This document shows, piece after piece, positions 21,447 through 33,600 of a stretch of DNA of 64,000 bases (the stretch's first letter is position 1; each line of letters starts with the position of its first letter). This DNA comes from Naegleria gruberi (lineage: Eukaryota). The DNA is taken from the NCBI GenBank assembly GCA_000004985.1, contig GG738906.1; one strand, written 5' to 3'. The translations under genes were made by a program, and so were the position numbers. Below the pieces are notes generated by a model that saw only the letters and a program-made list of their open reading frames with translations, was not told where the DNA came from and made no database searches.

Positions 21447-22997
21447 ATGAAAAGAACAATACTCTTTGCATTGGTGTTATGTATGATTCTTTGTATGTAC
21501 ACTGTTTCAGCAAACAATGCCGATGAATCAAAAGTTCCACCAGTAACAACACCTCCTCAAGAAGGTTTGGTTTCAACTACTCCTCCTACTCATCACGATG
21601 AAGAAAATGATGGGGAAACAACAACCATCACAGCATCTGTAACAGTCAAGGAGGAAGACAGTAATCAATCATCAAATGCTTCAACTTCCGCATCAAATAT
21701 TTCATCCCCTCAAAATAGTTCCTCTTCCCAAAAACAAGTTACTACTGGTAAACCAAAAAACAAGTCCAAGAGAACAATTCAAATAACTATTCCAAAAGAT
21801 TATGAAAAGTATCAACTTAAACCACGTGTCATTGGCGAAGATCAAAAGATTAGATTTTACAATGCACAAAATACTACATTTTATCAAAGAAAGTTGAAGA
21901 ATCCAATTCTTAAATTATGGATTTTGATTGTTGGTAGAAAGATGAAGAACAACTTGCCATACTTTACATACTCTGCAAGACGTTTCTTTGAAACTGCTTG
22001 GAGAAGAAATATTCAAGTGGAATTGATGGAAATTCAAAAGTTTGATTTACTCGTTTCACATGATGGTTCTAATTCTCTCATTTATGATGGTGAAGTTGTA
22101 CCAAGAGATGAATTCCCAGATGTTGTTTTACCTAGATTGGGTGCACAGTACGTTTTTTAATTATTTATTTAAATAACCTTGTTCAATAGTATTGATTATT
22201 GGGGATTGGCAGTAGTTAGACAATTTGAAAAGATGGATGTTTTGGTTCTTAATGGATTTGATTCCCTTGAAATGACTCGTGATAAGCTTCAAACATTACA
22301 GCAATTGGCTAAAGATCAAATTCCAATTCCAAAAACAATGATTGCTCGTTTCCCATTAGAAACCTCAATTATTTCACGTCATTTTACATATCCAATCATT
22401 TTAAAGAAATCTTCTGGTTCTCAAGGAAAAGGTGTAATGCTTATCGAAAGTGAAAACCAAATTAAGGGATTGGATGATATGTTGGATGTTTCCAAATCAA
22501 TGATCATTCAAGAGTTTATTCAAGCAAGCAAAGGAAGAGATATTCGTGTAATTGTTGTTGGTGGTAAGGCCATTGGTGCCATGATGAGAGTCGCTAAATC
22601 AGGATTTAAATCTAATTTCCATCAAGGTGGTTGGGTTAAACCAGTCAAACTTTCTAGTTCTTTGGAATGGTTGGCTATCACTGCTGCTCAAAGTGTTGAC
22701 TTGGACTTTGCTGGTGTTGATATTTTAATTGATAAGGATACTTACAAGATTTGTGAAATTAACTCTTCACCAGGTTTTGAAGGATTTGAGTTAGCAACCG
22801 GTCTCAATGTTCCTGAGCAATTTTTGAATTTTGTGGAATTAAGAACAAGTATTTGGAGAAAAATGGATAAGAAAAAGAAGAAGGGAAAGAATCCACCTGT
22901 AAGAATTCCAGTTGAAGCTGAACATGTTGTTGCCTCAAAGCCAACCAGCGATTCTCCAAAACACATTCAAGTTGGTTTGACAGGAAATCAACTTTAA
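21447..22997 (+). CDS. RimK-type ATP-grasp ligase with an N-terminal signal peptide and a Ser/Thr/Pro-rich stalk; join(21447..22147,22190..22997)
   Basis: Signal/anchor MKRTILFALVLCMILCMYTVSA followed by a mucin-like S/T/P region. RimK N-domain ...ILKLWILIVGRK...DGSNSLIYDGE and the ATP-grasp core YPIILKKSSGSQGKGVMLIE...ICEINSSPGFEGFELATG. A 42-nt GTACGT..ATAG intron (phase 2) joins the two ORF-track ORFs. Confidence 0.7.
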
Positions 22998-23025
22998 TAT
23001 TAAAATATAATTTATCAGATATTCT

Positions 23026-24694
23026 TTATTCTTTGGATAAAACCTGTTCCAATTGTTTTAGAATAGCAGCAATATCGTGCTTTTTTGAAATTTCTTTTGG
23101 TTTTTCTTTCTTGTGGGCAGATCTTTTTTCAACCTTTATCCTGTCCATATTACTCAAATAAACATCATAGAGAAAATCAAAATCCTTAACTGGTTTCATA
23201 CTGGAGAGAATTGTTTTTTGTTGTCTAATCTTTTTTCTTGTAATATATCCTCTGAATACTCGTTGAATCTCAGTTGCCTTATGATGTAGTTCATTAAGCT
23301 TGTTATGAATTTCTAAGTTTCCTTCCGTCAATTCAATCACTCTTTCTGTTGTTGGGGAAGTTTTTTTATAGGCACGTCTAAACGAATTGGATGATCCTGG
23401 ATTCGAGGATGGAGGAGGAACTGTTGGGAGAGATTTTGAAGTAGGTGGAATGTTACTATTATTTACATTTCTCTGAAAAGTTGCAGAACTTGACTGAGGT
23501 TTTCTATTTCTAGTATCGTTTAATTCTCCAGAAGCCCTCATTTCTTGGGCAGTTTTAAACTTTCGTATTGTACTGTCAGATGGAGTGGTTTTTTGTTTTT
23601 GCTTTACGTCTGGAGAAGAAAATGATTTGTTCATCCAATTCTTTGTCCTCACTTTTTCTAAAGAATCTTTAAACCGTTTGGTTGTGGGGTGATCTGCTCC
23701 AAGAGTTTCTAAGGAAAGACTGAATCCTTTTGAGTAATAATCCATTGCTGCAAGAGTTTGACTCAAATGTTCATATTCTACAGCAACATTATAAAAAGCA
23801 ACAGTTAAAGTTTCATTACAGGTTGCAATATTATTCTTAATATGATTTAGTTTTTTGTAAATTTCTAATTGTCGCAAAGCTTCCGTTCCATGCTCCAGAG
23901 CTTCTTCATGCCTTCCCATTTGAGATAAGACAGCACAAAAATTCAACTCCAAACTTGCATTAAAGTGCTTCTCATGTTTTTGAGCTTCTTGAAGAGATTC
24001 AAGTGACGATTCCAAATCACCACATCTGTAAAGGTTGGATTAAATGAATTTTCAATACTTACTCTTTGTAATAAACTGAACAGTTATTAAGTGTAGAAAC
24101 GAGTAACTTAACTCGCTTCTCATCTTCATCGTGGAAAACAATGCCTCCATATAAGTCTATTATGTTTTTAGCTTTTTGAAGGCAATTTTTGCATGATTGT
24201 TTGTTTTTTTGTTTAGTTAGAAGATCCATAGCCACTACGTTGCATTTAACGATGAATTTTTCGGTTGTTTTCCTTAATTTTTCAAGCTCATCCTCATTAG
24301 GGATACTCTTCATAGCAACATGAAGGTATTCTTCTAAAAATTGTAAACTCTTATTCATATTTCCTTTTTGTTTTTCCTTCTCATAGAGATCCAAAAGCAT
24401 GGAAAGGTCTTTTTTTCTTTGTTTGAACTGATCGCTTAATTTTGAGGATGAAGAATTTCTTGTTATTGGTTGGTTTTCCGTCGGTTGATATGAATCTTGA
24501 TTTATTCTTCCCTCCCTCAATATGTTATTTTGTTTATAATTTTCTTCAACTGTAGTCGTTATCGGATGATAGCCACAGTTTCCTAGGGTTTCTGACATTC
24601 TCGTATTAAATAATTGATGTTCCTCATTTATTGTATTTTGTTGGGTTATTCCAATGGGCGGGCAATAGAGAGAAGATGATCTCGAGTCCATCAT
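23026..24694 (-). CDS. TPR-repeat protein with an IQ calmodulin-binding motif; join(24694..24063,24025..23026)
   Basis: TPR-like helices (ALEHGTEALRQLEIYKKLNH...AAMDYYSKGFSLSLETLGADHPTT) and an IQ motif IQRVFRGYITRKKIRQQK. A 37-nt GTAAGT..ACAG intron (phase 2) joins the two ORF-track ORFs. Confidence 0.6.
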
Positions 24695-24727
24695 TAATTT
24701 TGTCGTTGAGGTGTTTTAATTTTTTAT

Positions 24728-24950
24728 GTCTATTCCCGCTCATTTTTGTTGACGCTTGTTTTGACGATTTTATAGTCATGAATGACGCCTTTGTTTATGC
24801 TTGTTAAGGTGTCATTGGGACGGTGTTGTGGACGTCAAAATGACGTTTTTTTTCGTCATTTTGACGGTGTCAATTTGGGAGTCATTAAGACGTCACAAAA
24901 AGCGTCCTCAATGACGTCTCAAAGTGTGTCTCCAATGACGTTACAGAATG
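24728..24950. promoter_or_regulatory. Dense cluster (about 12 copies) of CRE-like TGACG / GACGTCA half-sites immediately upstream of the TPR-IQ gene
   Basis: Direct reading: tgacgctt, ttgacga, atgacgc, ggacgtcaaaatgacg, cgtcattttgacgg, agacgtcac, atgacgtctc, atgacgtt. The block starts with the 12-mer CCCGCTCATTTT, which recurs in inverted orientation at 26690-26701. Confidence 0.4.
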
Positions 24951-25836
24951 ATCATTAATTTTTGATAAATTGAAATTTTATTGAACTATTCATAATTCTT
25001 ACAAGTCGAAAATCTTTCATCTTGAACCATTTCACATTGAGTGAAACCCAATGCTTTCACACTGTGTGAATTAGCATTGTAAAAGATTTCACACCAAAGA
25101 TGACAAGGAAATTGACAAGAGTTTCTTATAAAAATATGAAATAAAAATTTGAAATTGATGTAAACGAATAGAAATGATATATTATATTATATAATTGATA
25201 ACTGATACGACTTACTAGTATGTTGAGGTATTTTTTTTGAAAAATATTTTAAACTGGTTGCAAAAATAGAAAGTGTTTATTTTAGAGATGAAGCCAAATA
25301 TGGAAAGACATTTAATATAATGTAAAGGCCATTTTGTGAATTGGTTTGAAGTGAAAAGAGCCATGCTGGCATATTGCTGGTATGAAATCTTGTTTGATCG
25401 TGTCTTTGAATCTCAATTTGTGAATAATCTGGAGAAAATGAATTGACTTGATAAATTTTTAGCTGTTTCTGTAATAATGGAAGATCTTCTAATTGAAATG
25501 AATCCATTAACTTGTCAATTATTCTCACATATTGAATAATGTGTTGAACTATTTCTTGAATTTCACAATAGCTGGGAATTTCCTGAAATAATTCGAGATA
25601 ATAACGACAGAATGTGATCTTCAATGGATTTCAGGGGATTGATATTCTTTGCAATGGATTTTGGGTGCTTGTGAAAAAAGGATGAAATCAAATTCTTTCC
25701 AACGTCGGTCATCAATTAAATTGAGAAATTTCACCAAAATACCTTCATAATTGTAATACATGTTACCATATGAACAGATAGGATTGAATGGTTGCAATAG
25801 AATTGGAGAAACACTATCCATTCCGAGTGGTAGTTC

Positions 25837-26103
25837 TTGAACTTTACTGTTGGTGCTTACGAATCTGGCTTAATTTTGAATATGAATCCATGGATGCATT
25901 TGCTCGTCTTTGGTGGTTGTATGATTGGAAGAAACATGATCACTAGATCTCTCGATGTGAATACTGATAGTGAATTGAAGCATACCATGTTGACTGCCTT
26001 CAACGGAATTGTTGGTTTGTCACTCTGTTATGTTGGTTTAATGTATAGACCAGAAATTGGTATCTTTGGTGCCTTGTCCTATGTTGCCATCAATGCTGAA
26101 TAA
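25837..26103 (+). CDS. Small multi-pass membrane protein ORF, weakly TMEM14-like (Gly-zipper helices); possibly incomplete
   Basis: FTVGAYESGLIL...LVFGGCMIGRNMITRSLDV...FNGIVGLSLCYVGLMYRPEIGIFGALSYVAINAE. Glycine-rich TM helices resemble the TMEM14 family. No upstream ATG exon was found. Confidence 0.25.
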   Translation: MNFTVGAYESGLILNMNPWMHLLVFGGCMIGRNMITRSLDVNTDSELKHTMLTAFNGIVGLSLCYVGLMYRPEIGIFGALSYVAINAE

Positions 26104-26629
26104 GACAAGTTCCTTTCTATTGTCTTTGTCAAGCTTGGCTCCATTGGTTCCCCAGCCACAATGACTAGAACTGTGCAAGCTGCTGAAGCTATTGCTCTCT
26201 ATGGTTTGTTGTTGTTCCAATTCTGATGTATTACCATATCTTCTGATAGCTTAGGTTCATTCATAGTCTTGTTGAAAAGGTAACCAGTACCACTACCGTA
26301 AATGGTATTATTCAATTCCTCTAGACATTGTCAAAATGCTCATTGGTAAAGTGACTAAAAAACAGTGCTTGGAATCCTGTATGAGAACTGTAGAAAGTTC
26401 TTTGAAGCAGGGGATAAAGAAAGTGTTTGGAAGGCAGTTGATGAAGATGTTAAGCTTTATTTTTTTAGTAAAAATTTTCAAAAATATTCACAAGTCTGAA
26501 ATACGTCACCTCCTCCTTCACTGATTTTCATCATCAAAACAACACAAAACAAACAACAACAAATAAACAACACATTACAACATCAAGTAGAACACAACAG
26601 AATATCGATAATTAACTTTGGAGTAACTT

Positions 26630-26705
26630 TATGTAAAAACGTCAGTGATGACGTCAAAAAAAGCGTCAATCCACCATCAGGAATGACGAAATAAAATGAG
26701 CGGGT
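26630..26705. promoter_or_regulatory. Second CRE-like TGACGTCA cluster, inverted relative to the 24.8-kb cluster, ~300 bp upstream of the adaptor-like gene
   Basis: aaaaacgtcagtgaTGACGTCAaaaaaagcgtcaatcc...gaatgacgaaataaaatgagcggg. Contains one perfect palindromic CRE (TGACGTCA). Confidence 0.4.
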
Positions 26706-27002
26706 TCTTTGGAGGCAAAAAAAACACTTCCTCAATTGGAACTAGAGACTGTCACAACAAACTCCAGGTCTGCTCTCCAAAGTTTAAAAAATGTTTTGAA
26801 ATATGTAAACGATAATTGTAATATTATTATGATTTCTTTGAAATAATTGACAAAAAGCACCCCATCAATCAAACATTTTAAAAATTTTGAAATAATTTTA
26901 TTAAATATTTTAAAAAAAAATAAGAGGGAACCGCTTTTGCAACAATCACCCAGGAGTTGCCACATTTTTTGATTTGACCAAATTTTTATTATAGTTATCG
27001 TC

Positions 27003-29707
27003 ATGGGTGTATTGTGTCTTTTTGTTCAAGAACAAAGAGAACCTAAATTAAATCTCTTCCTTCATTCGTAAGTTTGTGATCATAGTATTTTAATGACACA
27101 AAAAGTCATCACGAAATTTCCCAAAACCAAGCTATAACAATATCAGATCATTTCGCAAAACTTATCTCTACTAATACATCAGCCAGAGGTGAAGTGTTTA
27201 TTGCTAAAAAATTCAGAGCTGTTTTTATTCTATTGAATGAAGTTTATGTAGTGACTGTTTGTCATAAATCCGACTATCCATATGATGCACTCAGATGTGC
27301 AAACAATGCCAAGTTATTAATGTTTGAGGCTTGTAAAGGAGTGGAAGTGACTGTCATTAATTTGTATAAAAAGTTTGGACAAATAATGTTAGCCCTTGAG
27401 GAATTAATCAATGAAACAAATACATTTAAACCACCATCAACAAGTTTGGAGATGGTTGGAAAATCAAAATTAGGAGAAGCACATCATGTCTCTGCTCAGT
27501 ACAACGGAACTTCACATATTCAAACTAGTAAGACTCTCAATTCTGGTTCTTCTTTTATAGGTTCTCAAGATACACCAAAAAAAGCAAGAAGAGGCACCAT
27601 TAAACAAATGGAAAAGCTTATATCATATACTGCTGATGAAATGTGGAAGGAAAAGCAAAAGCAAATGGAATCACATCAAAAGAGATTCCAAATTTTAGAT
27701 AAATTCCAAGCACCAATTAGTAATGAACAAATTGAAGACAAGACAGTGACAGTGACAGATGATATGCTTCCAGATCCTACTGACATTATCAATTTTCAAT
27801 TTGGTTTTGATTTTACTGCACCAGATGAAGAAGATGCTCTTCCAAGTTTCAACCACAAAAGAGCCAAGTCAACCAACATTTCTACAGGATCTGAGAGTAA
27901 TGGTATTTCAAGTTTTAGAAAACGACAAATGGAACACATTGCTCTTGGACAACAAATGTTTCCTCTTAGTGAAGAGGAATGGCACTCCCTTAAAGTACCA
28001 TCTCTTCCTGAAAATTTAAAACCTGTATTTATTCCTCCACCAACAACCAATCTTCCTCCTCTTCCACAATCATTCGTTACTTTACAACCTCAAAAATTAC
28101 CACCAAAGGTTGGTACTGCATTTGATCGTGGTGATAGCAAACTTATCAGCTTTGAGCCTTTTGATTTACATGGAAGTACTACAAGTAGCAAAATGGAAGG
28201 TGAGGACACTGAAGTCGACATGTCGGATGAAGATTACACTTTCAGATCAGACAAACAAGACAAATTAAGTGACTCCATCTATGACTATAATCCACCAAAA
28301 GTTTCCACACAAAATTCTTTATCAAATATTCTTTTACCAACAAATTTACCTCCTCTACCTTCTACTTTGATAACCAACCAAGGAAGTGTGGCAAATAACA
28401 CTGGCAATACCACATCAACAAACTTTTTGGATGCTTTCCTCGGACCAACCGATCCAATTCCAACAAAAACTCAAAACTCATTATTGTTGGTTGACAGTTT
28501 AATGACCCCATCATTGGATCTAAATTCAACCCTTGTTCAACCTTCCGTCATATCAGGTGCTAATCTTGGTAATAACAATTTTATCCCACCAATACCTACA
28601 ACAATCACTACTAACACCACACCAAATGGTAAAAATGTTAGTAGTAATGAAAATATTCCTACTGTTCCACCATTGAATACTACTATCAAACCAGTTTCCA
28701 CAAATATTACAACTCCTAAAATTACTCCAAATGAGCCTACCAATTTCCTCACAGAAATTCAAAACAAGCAACTCAATCCAATTGCTCAAAATTCTCCATC
28801 CACCCCAATGTTTGATCCTAATGAACTCAAGAAATCCATAGAACAATCTCAACAAAAGAGAGCAGCTGTATTGCCATTCAAAGTACTTGTCACAGAAACT
28901 GTTGTCAAGAACATGTCAGGTCTCACTGAGGAGGAGTACAACTTTATGGGTCAAATTGAACTAATTCTATTCAATCATGAAAGTTATCGTTCTTCGGATT
29001 CGTACAAGTTTATTCTGTCTCTTATTAATGATCAATTTAACAATTCAGAAAACTTTACCAAAATTGCTAAAATTGTTTGTAATCCAAAAATTGCTAATGA
29101 ATTGAGCAATAGTGGTGATGTAACAAGTCATGCTTTTGAATGTAATGTAACTGGTCAAGAAATTAACCCAAAGTCTCAAAATGCAGTCATTCTCAAATAC
29201 AAACTAAAGGAGCATTTGAATCTAGTTCCATTCAAATTAAGGCCTCTCTACTTTATGGCAACCAAGGATGGACAAACAATGCTAAATATTTCAATCGATT
29301 ATATTGTAAATCCTGCTACCCCCCTGGACAAGCTCTCTTTCCTTATTCGCATTTGTACATCAAGTGAACAAATTACGCTAAAATCTCAATCTAAACCTGA
29401 AGGTCGTTGGAATGCTACTAGACAAGAACTATTAGTGAATGTGGATCAACCAGGACCAAAAGGAAGTGTTATTGCTAAATTTTTACTCAATCGTGAAGTG
29501 AAAGATATTGCTGAACTGCAAACAGAATTCTTATGTAAATTTAATGCAAAAGGTCTCCTTGCTGGATTTACTGTGGAAGGAGGTGAGAGCAAGAGAAGTG
29601 CCCACAATCAAGTATTTTTGGGTGGTTGTGAATATTCAATCACCACACCATCTTGGAGGTATAAACTTACCTCGGAGAACTTGAACCCACAATTTGCCAA
29701 CAAGTAA
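27003..29707 (+). CDS. Adaptor-like protein with a C-terminal mu-homology-like domain and a possible N-terminal longin-like fold (stonin / TSET-TCUP / muniscin-like); join(27003..27067,27106..29707)
   Basis: The C-terminal ~280 aa (VPFKLRPLYF...PSWRYKL) resemble mu-homology domains. The N-terminus (VFIAKKFRAVFILLNEVYVVTVCHKSD...) is longin-like. A ~450-aa S/T/N/P-rich linker lies between them. The proposed first exon (MGVLCLFVQEQREPKLNLFLHS) with a 38-nt GTAAGT..AAAAG intron is tentative. Confidence 0.45.
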
Positions 29708-29780
29708 ATTCCTTGTTCAATATTTAACTTTGCTTTTATTTTTTTTCAACGAGAGGAATTATTGAGCTACCAAAATAAAC

Positions 29781-30599
29781 TTATTTACTCCAACTAAAGT
29801 ATTGAACCTCTTCAAAGGGATCTTGGGTTGTTAAGGTATCATCAAAAACTCCAGGAAGAGTCAAATTCCAAGCGTGTAACATCATCCTATGAACACCTTC
29901 TTCTCCATCTCTTCCCAATAGACTATAGGTAGCATCACCAAGTATTGGAAATCCTAGCAACTGGGTATGTAGTCTGAGTTGATGCCTCCTTCCTGTTTTT
30001 GGTCTTAGTAAAACTTTTGTAACTGGTATTGTATCATTATCTTTATGGTAAAACCCTCTGCATAAAACAGATCCAAATGTTAGACTTTCCCTACTCTTTT
30101 TCGCCTCTTGAATTTCTTCCTCAGTATTTAATTCAGATAGTAATGTCTTTTCCCTTCCAAGATAAAAATTCCTCATTCTAAATTTTCTTTCATCTGATGG
30201 ATCTTCCCCAATGAATGTCAAAATTTCAAAATCATTAATTAATACATGTCCTCTCAAAACAGCAAGATATTGTTTTTGAGCTGTTCTCTGTTGAAAAGGG
30301 TAGGTAATCTTGGCACAACTCTCTCTTGTAAATGCCAAACATAATATTCCAGAAGTGGCGTAATCAAGTTGGTGACAAAATTTTAATTTTCTTCTTGATG
30401 GGGTGTGCCCGGGTTTATGTTGAATTTCTTCTAGTGGATTTTCCATTTCCGGATAGTAGTTATTAATTAATTTTTCCACAGTTAATTCATAATCTCCATC
30501 GATATGTAAATCGTTTGGTTTATCAATAACAAGTACATCTCTACTTTTAAAAATAATTGGAATGTTTGGCAGGGACTGGTTCATAAATGAAGTCATCAT
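29781..30599 (-). CDS. RluA-family pseudouridine synthase (RPUSD-like)
   Basis: Catalytic motif HQLDYATSGILCLAFTRE (HRLD..TSG) plus conserved downstream blocks (YLAVLRGHV, GRRHQLRLH). Confidence 0.8.
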   Translation of the reverse strand: MMTSFMNQSLPNIPIIFKSRDVLVIDKPNDLHIDGDYELTVEKLINNYYPEMENPLEEIQHKPGHTPSRRKLKFCHQLDYATSGILCLAFTRESCAKITYPFQQRTAQKQYLAVLRGHVLINDFEILTFIGEDPSDERKFRMRNFYLGREKTLLSELNTEEEIQEAKKSRESLTFGSVLCRGFYHKDNDTIPVTKVLLRPKTGRRHQLRLHTQLLGFPILGDATYSLLGRDGEEGVHRMMLHAWNLTLPGVFDDTLTTQDPFEEVQYFSWSK

Positions 30600-30685
30600 T
30601 TTTTTGAGTTTAAAAATCAGTTGGCTGCTGTTTGGAAAATGTGGAATTTATCTTAGAGATTTAACATCTCATTAATTTTATTTAA

Positions 30686-33600
30686 CTAGTTGAGGAATGA
30701 CAAAAGACTGGCACCAATAGTTTCATTTTTAAGGAATGGTGATTGATTACTTTGCATGTTAGGCGTACTGGCAGAATTTCTTTGGGTGGTTGGTTTGAGG
30801 AGAGAAGAGAAATTATTTGGGGAAAAGTGATTATTGTTTGTAGTGACTGTGAGTATTTTCTGGGCTGTATGAGGCGGTAACACAGGATAAAAAGTCATGA
30901 ATTCTGAACATTTACAATCACAACCAGCAGGACAAGTAGAATGATTTTGGAACCAATTTTGCAAGTGCTCCACATGCCCACCATGGTTACAGTTAGGGCA
31001 ATACGAAACAACACCTCTTACTGGAGACCTACAGAGGGAACAATGAATATACTTCTTTGGTAACTGTTGTTGATGTTGTTGCAAAGATAAATTTCGTCTA
31101 TACTGCTCGTTAAGTATTGGAACACTTTCAATATCTATTGAGCATTCAGAAGTTCCGTTCATAAATCTTTGAGTTGTTTGAGTCGAGACATTATACTTCA
31201 TTATTTCACATCTTTGAAGATGTAAACCCCAACTTTGAAGTAGTTTTGCATAGCATTGTCTTACATGAGACATAATAGGTCTCATTTCCTTTTCGATTAG
31301 ATCGCAACTCTCATATACTTCTAGTTTTCTATTCAAAGAGACATCTTGATTAATTGGAATAAATTCGTGTGGTTTGTGTTTTGGATTAAATTCCAGTGCT
31401 AGGTCATCACTCTCTGTATTTCGTAAATTGAAATTAGAAATCTCCAATGAAATATCCTTCAATGCTTGTTGTAACACACAAGATATTACTGCACAGGTTT
31501 GAATATCGTGTTTGCTCAGAAAATGTGTTAATATTTTCTTGACAAATCTTCTTCCCAATGCATGGTGAGTCCACACTGGTGATGGCTTGGCCACATTGTT
31601 CTTTGTTTCATAATAGAGGCGTGGTTCAATTATCTGAGAAAGTATAACCCACATTTTGGAGAGATCTTTTCTTCCCTCCATCAGACAGATTTTAGAATTT
31701 TCCCTACAAACCTCCACAGCATTAATTCCTACAACCCTGTATTGTTGTGCAAGGGAATACGAAACAGGTAATAAGTACTTGCTATCATAGATGTGTATTC
31801 TTGGGTCAGTTCTTGTATCATTGAATGAAATAAAACGTTGCTTTTGTTCGTTGGCAATATAGTGTTGGTCTTCTCCATGCTCGTAAATTTCACCAATATA
31901 ACCGTTATGATTTCCATAATATTGATTAACATCTTCTCCATACTCATCTTCATATTCTGAATAGTATGTATCATCCTCTGAAGACTCATCATGATATTCA
32001 TTATAAACAGATGAAAAGTAGTTATTATCTTGCTCCTTATTTGATAACTCATCAATTTCTTTCATATTATTTGGTGTCAATTCATCAGTAATGTCAGTAA
32101 CATATTGTTTTGAGCTAGTATCGAGAGAATTTGTTTGAGTCTCAGCAGACATGTTAGAACTAACTTTAGAAGCTTCTTTCTTTTCCTTTTTCTGCTTCTT
32201 TTTTCTCTTGTCATTGTGATCTTCATTAAAATCTTTGTTTCTATTTCGTATAGTCATTTCAAATGGTGTCTTTAAATCGTTGACCATATCAACATAGTAC
32301 CTATATCCAAAATCAGAGTCATTCTTTTTCTTTTCACTTTTTTGTTTTGATTCTATTGACTCTTTAGGCTTTTTCATTGATCGTAAGCTAAATGAGTTGA
32401 AATAAATTAAATCTCCAGAAGGAGAGAATCTTGCACCACTGATTGGATGAGCAATAAAAGATCCTTCGTCAACAGTTGTTTTTTTTAACACTTGAGCAAC
32501 ATTGTCATTGACTGAATCAACATTATTTTTTGTATCCTGAGATTGAGGCTGGTCTTCAACCGTATTGCTGGAAGACATTGTAGCTAAATTTATACTACTT
32601 AAAACCTTTGGCATTCCAACGCTTGTTGGAGAGTTAAAAGTACTGGATTGACCTCCGATTATTGCAACACCATCTTGTTCGTTTTCCTTCCTTTCACGCC
32701 ATCTTGTTTTACCAAGAATAGAAATGATAGCTCTCAAACAGCTCAACATGCAATTTCTGTGTTTGAGTACATCTTCATGAGCTGCAGATGTGAGGGCTTG
32801 TTTGATAATTTTTAAATCATTCACTGATATGAATGATCTCGACTGAATAAATTCAAATGATGGAGGAGCACCAACTGGATATAATTTTGGGAAAGTAATC
32901 TTCAATTTGAGCTCATTAATAGTTGGAGGAGTATTTGGAACTGAGACAGATTTGATGATAAGTATTATATTCAATATACAAGATCTTGCCTGTTCACGCT
33001 TATCTATTTTTTCAATATTGAGTTTTAACTCGCATTCATTATTTTCTGGTTTTTCAGTTGCTCCAGTCTTAACTCGTGTACAAAACTTTAGATTATTAAG
33101 TATGGATTCTAATTTTTCAACCTCGCTATCAAAGGACAAGCTGACTACTGGACTTCCCATTCCACCATTATTAGAACTAGGTTGATCACCAAGACCTGCA
33201 AATAATGCAGATGGATCTGTCTCAAAAATATGATCCGGAATGCTAGTAATACTCCATTCATTTCCTAATAAATGATTACTCATCATTCCTATTGGAGATC
33301 TTGATAGTAAAAATCCCTTATCCAAGCTACCAGAAAGATTTTCCTTACTATTTGAAGGAGATGTCATCATCTCTGTTGATTTTAAATCATCTATTAATTG
33401 AGGAGAGAAGTTCCAAAATCTTATACTCATATCTTTGGACCAGGTTAGAAGTTGATTTCCTATATTATCTGTTACCCTAAAATCAAGACACCTAATTTCG
33501 TCGGTATGCCCTGAAAATAGACTAATATTTTCTATTGGCTCAATGCCTGTGGTTGGATTTGATGGACTTCCCATTGGTCTGTTTGATGCTTTCTGTGAAG

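Larger units (their letters stand above)
24728..26705. repeat. Gene-poor island (~2 kb) bounded by imperfect inverted repeats (CCCGCTCATTTT + TTGACGCTTnTTTTGACG...TCATnnnTGACG). Candidate degenerate TIR element or duplicated bZIP-site promoter modules.
   Basis: Left end 24736-24790; right end (reverse complement) 26705-26640. The first 12 nt are identical, then ~30 nt align with gaps. No target-site duplication is obvious. Inside there are only short, unrecognisable ORFs plus one TMEM14-like ORF. Confidence 0.3.

Noticed and set aside
25277-25821. Two overlapping minus-strand ORFs (66 + 115 aa) inside the inverted-repeat island, considered as a possible transposase
   Set aside because: No DDE / RNase-H-like, zinc-finger or other transposase motifs. 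The frames are offset by one. Most likely non-coding or decayed.
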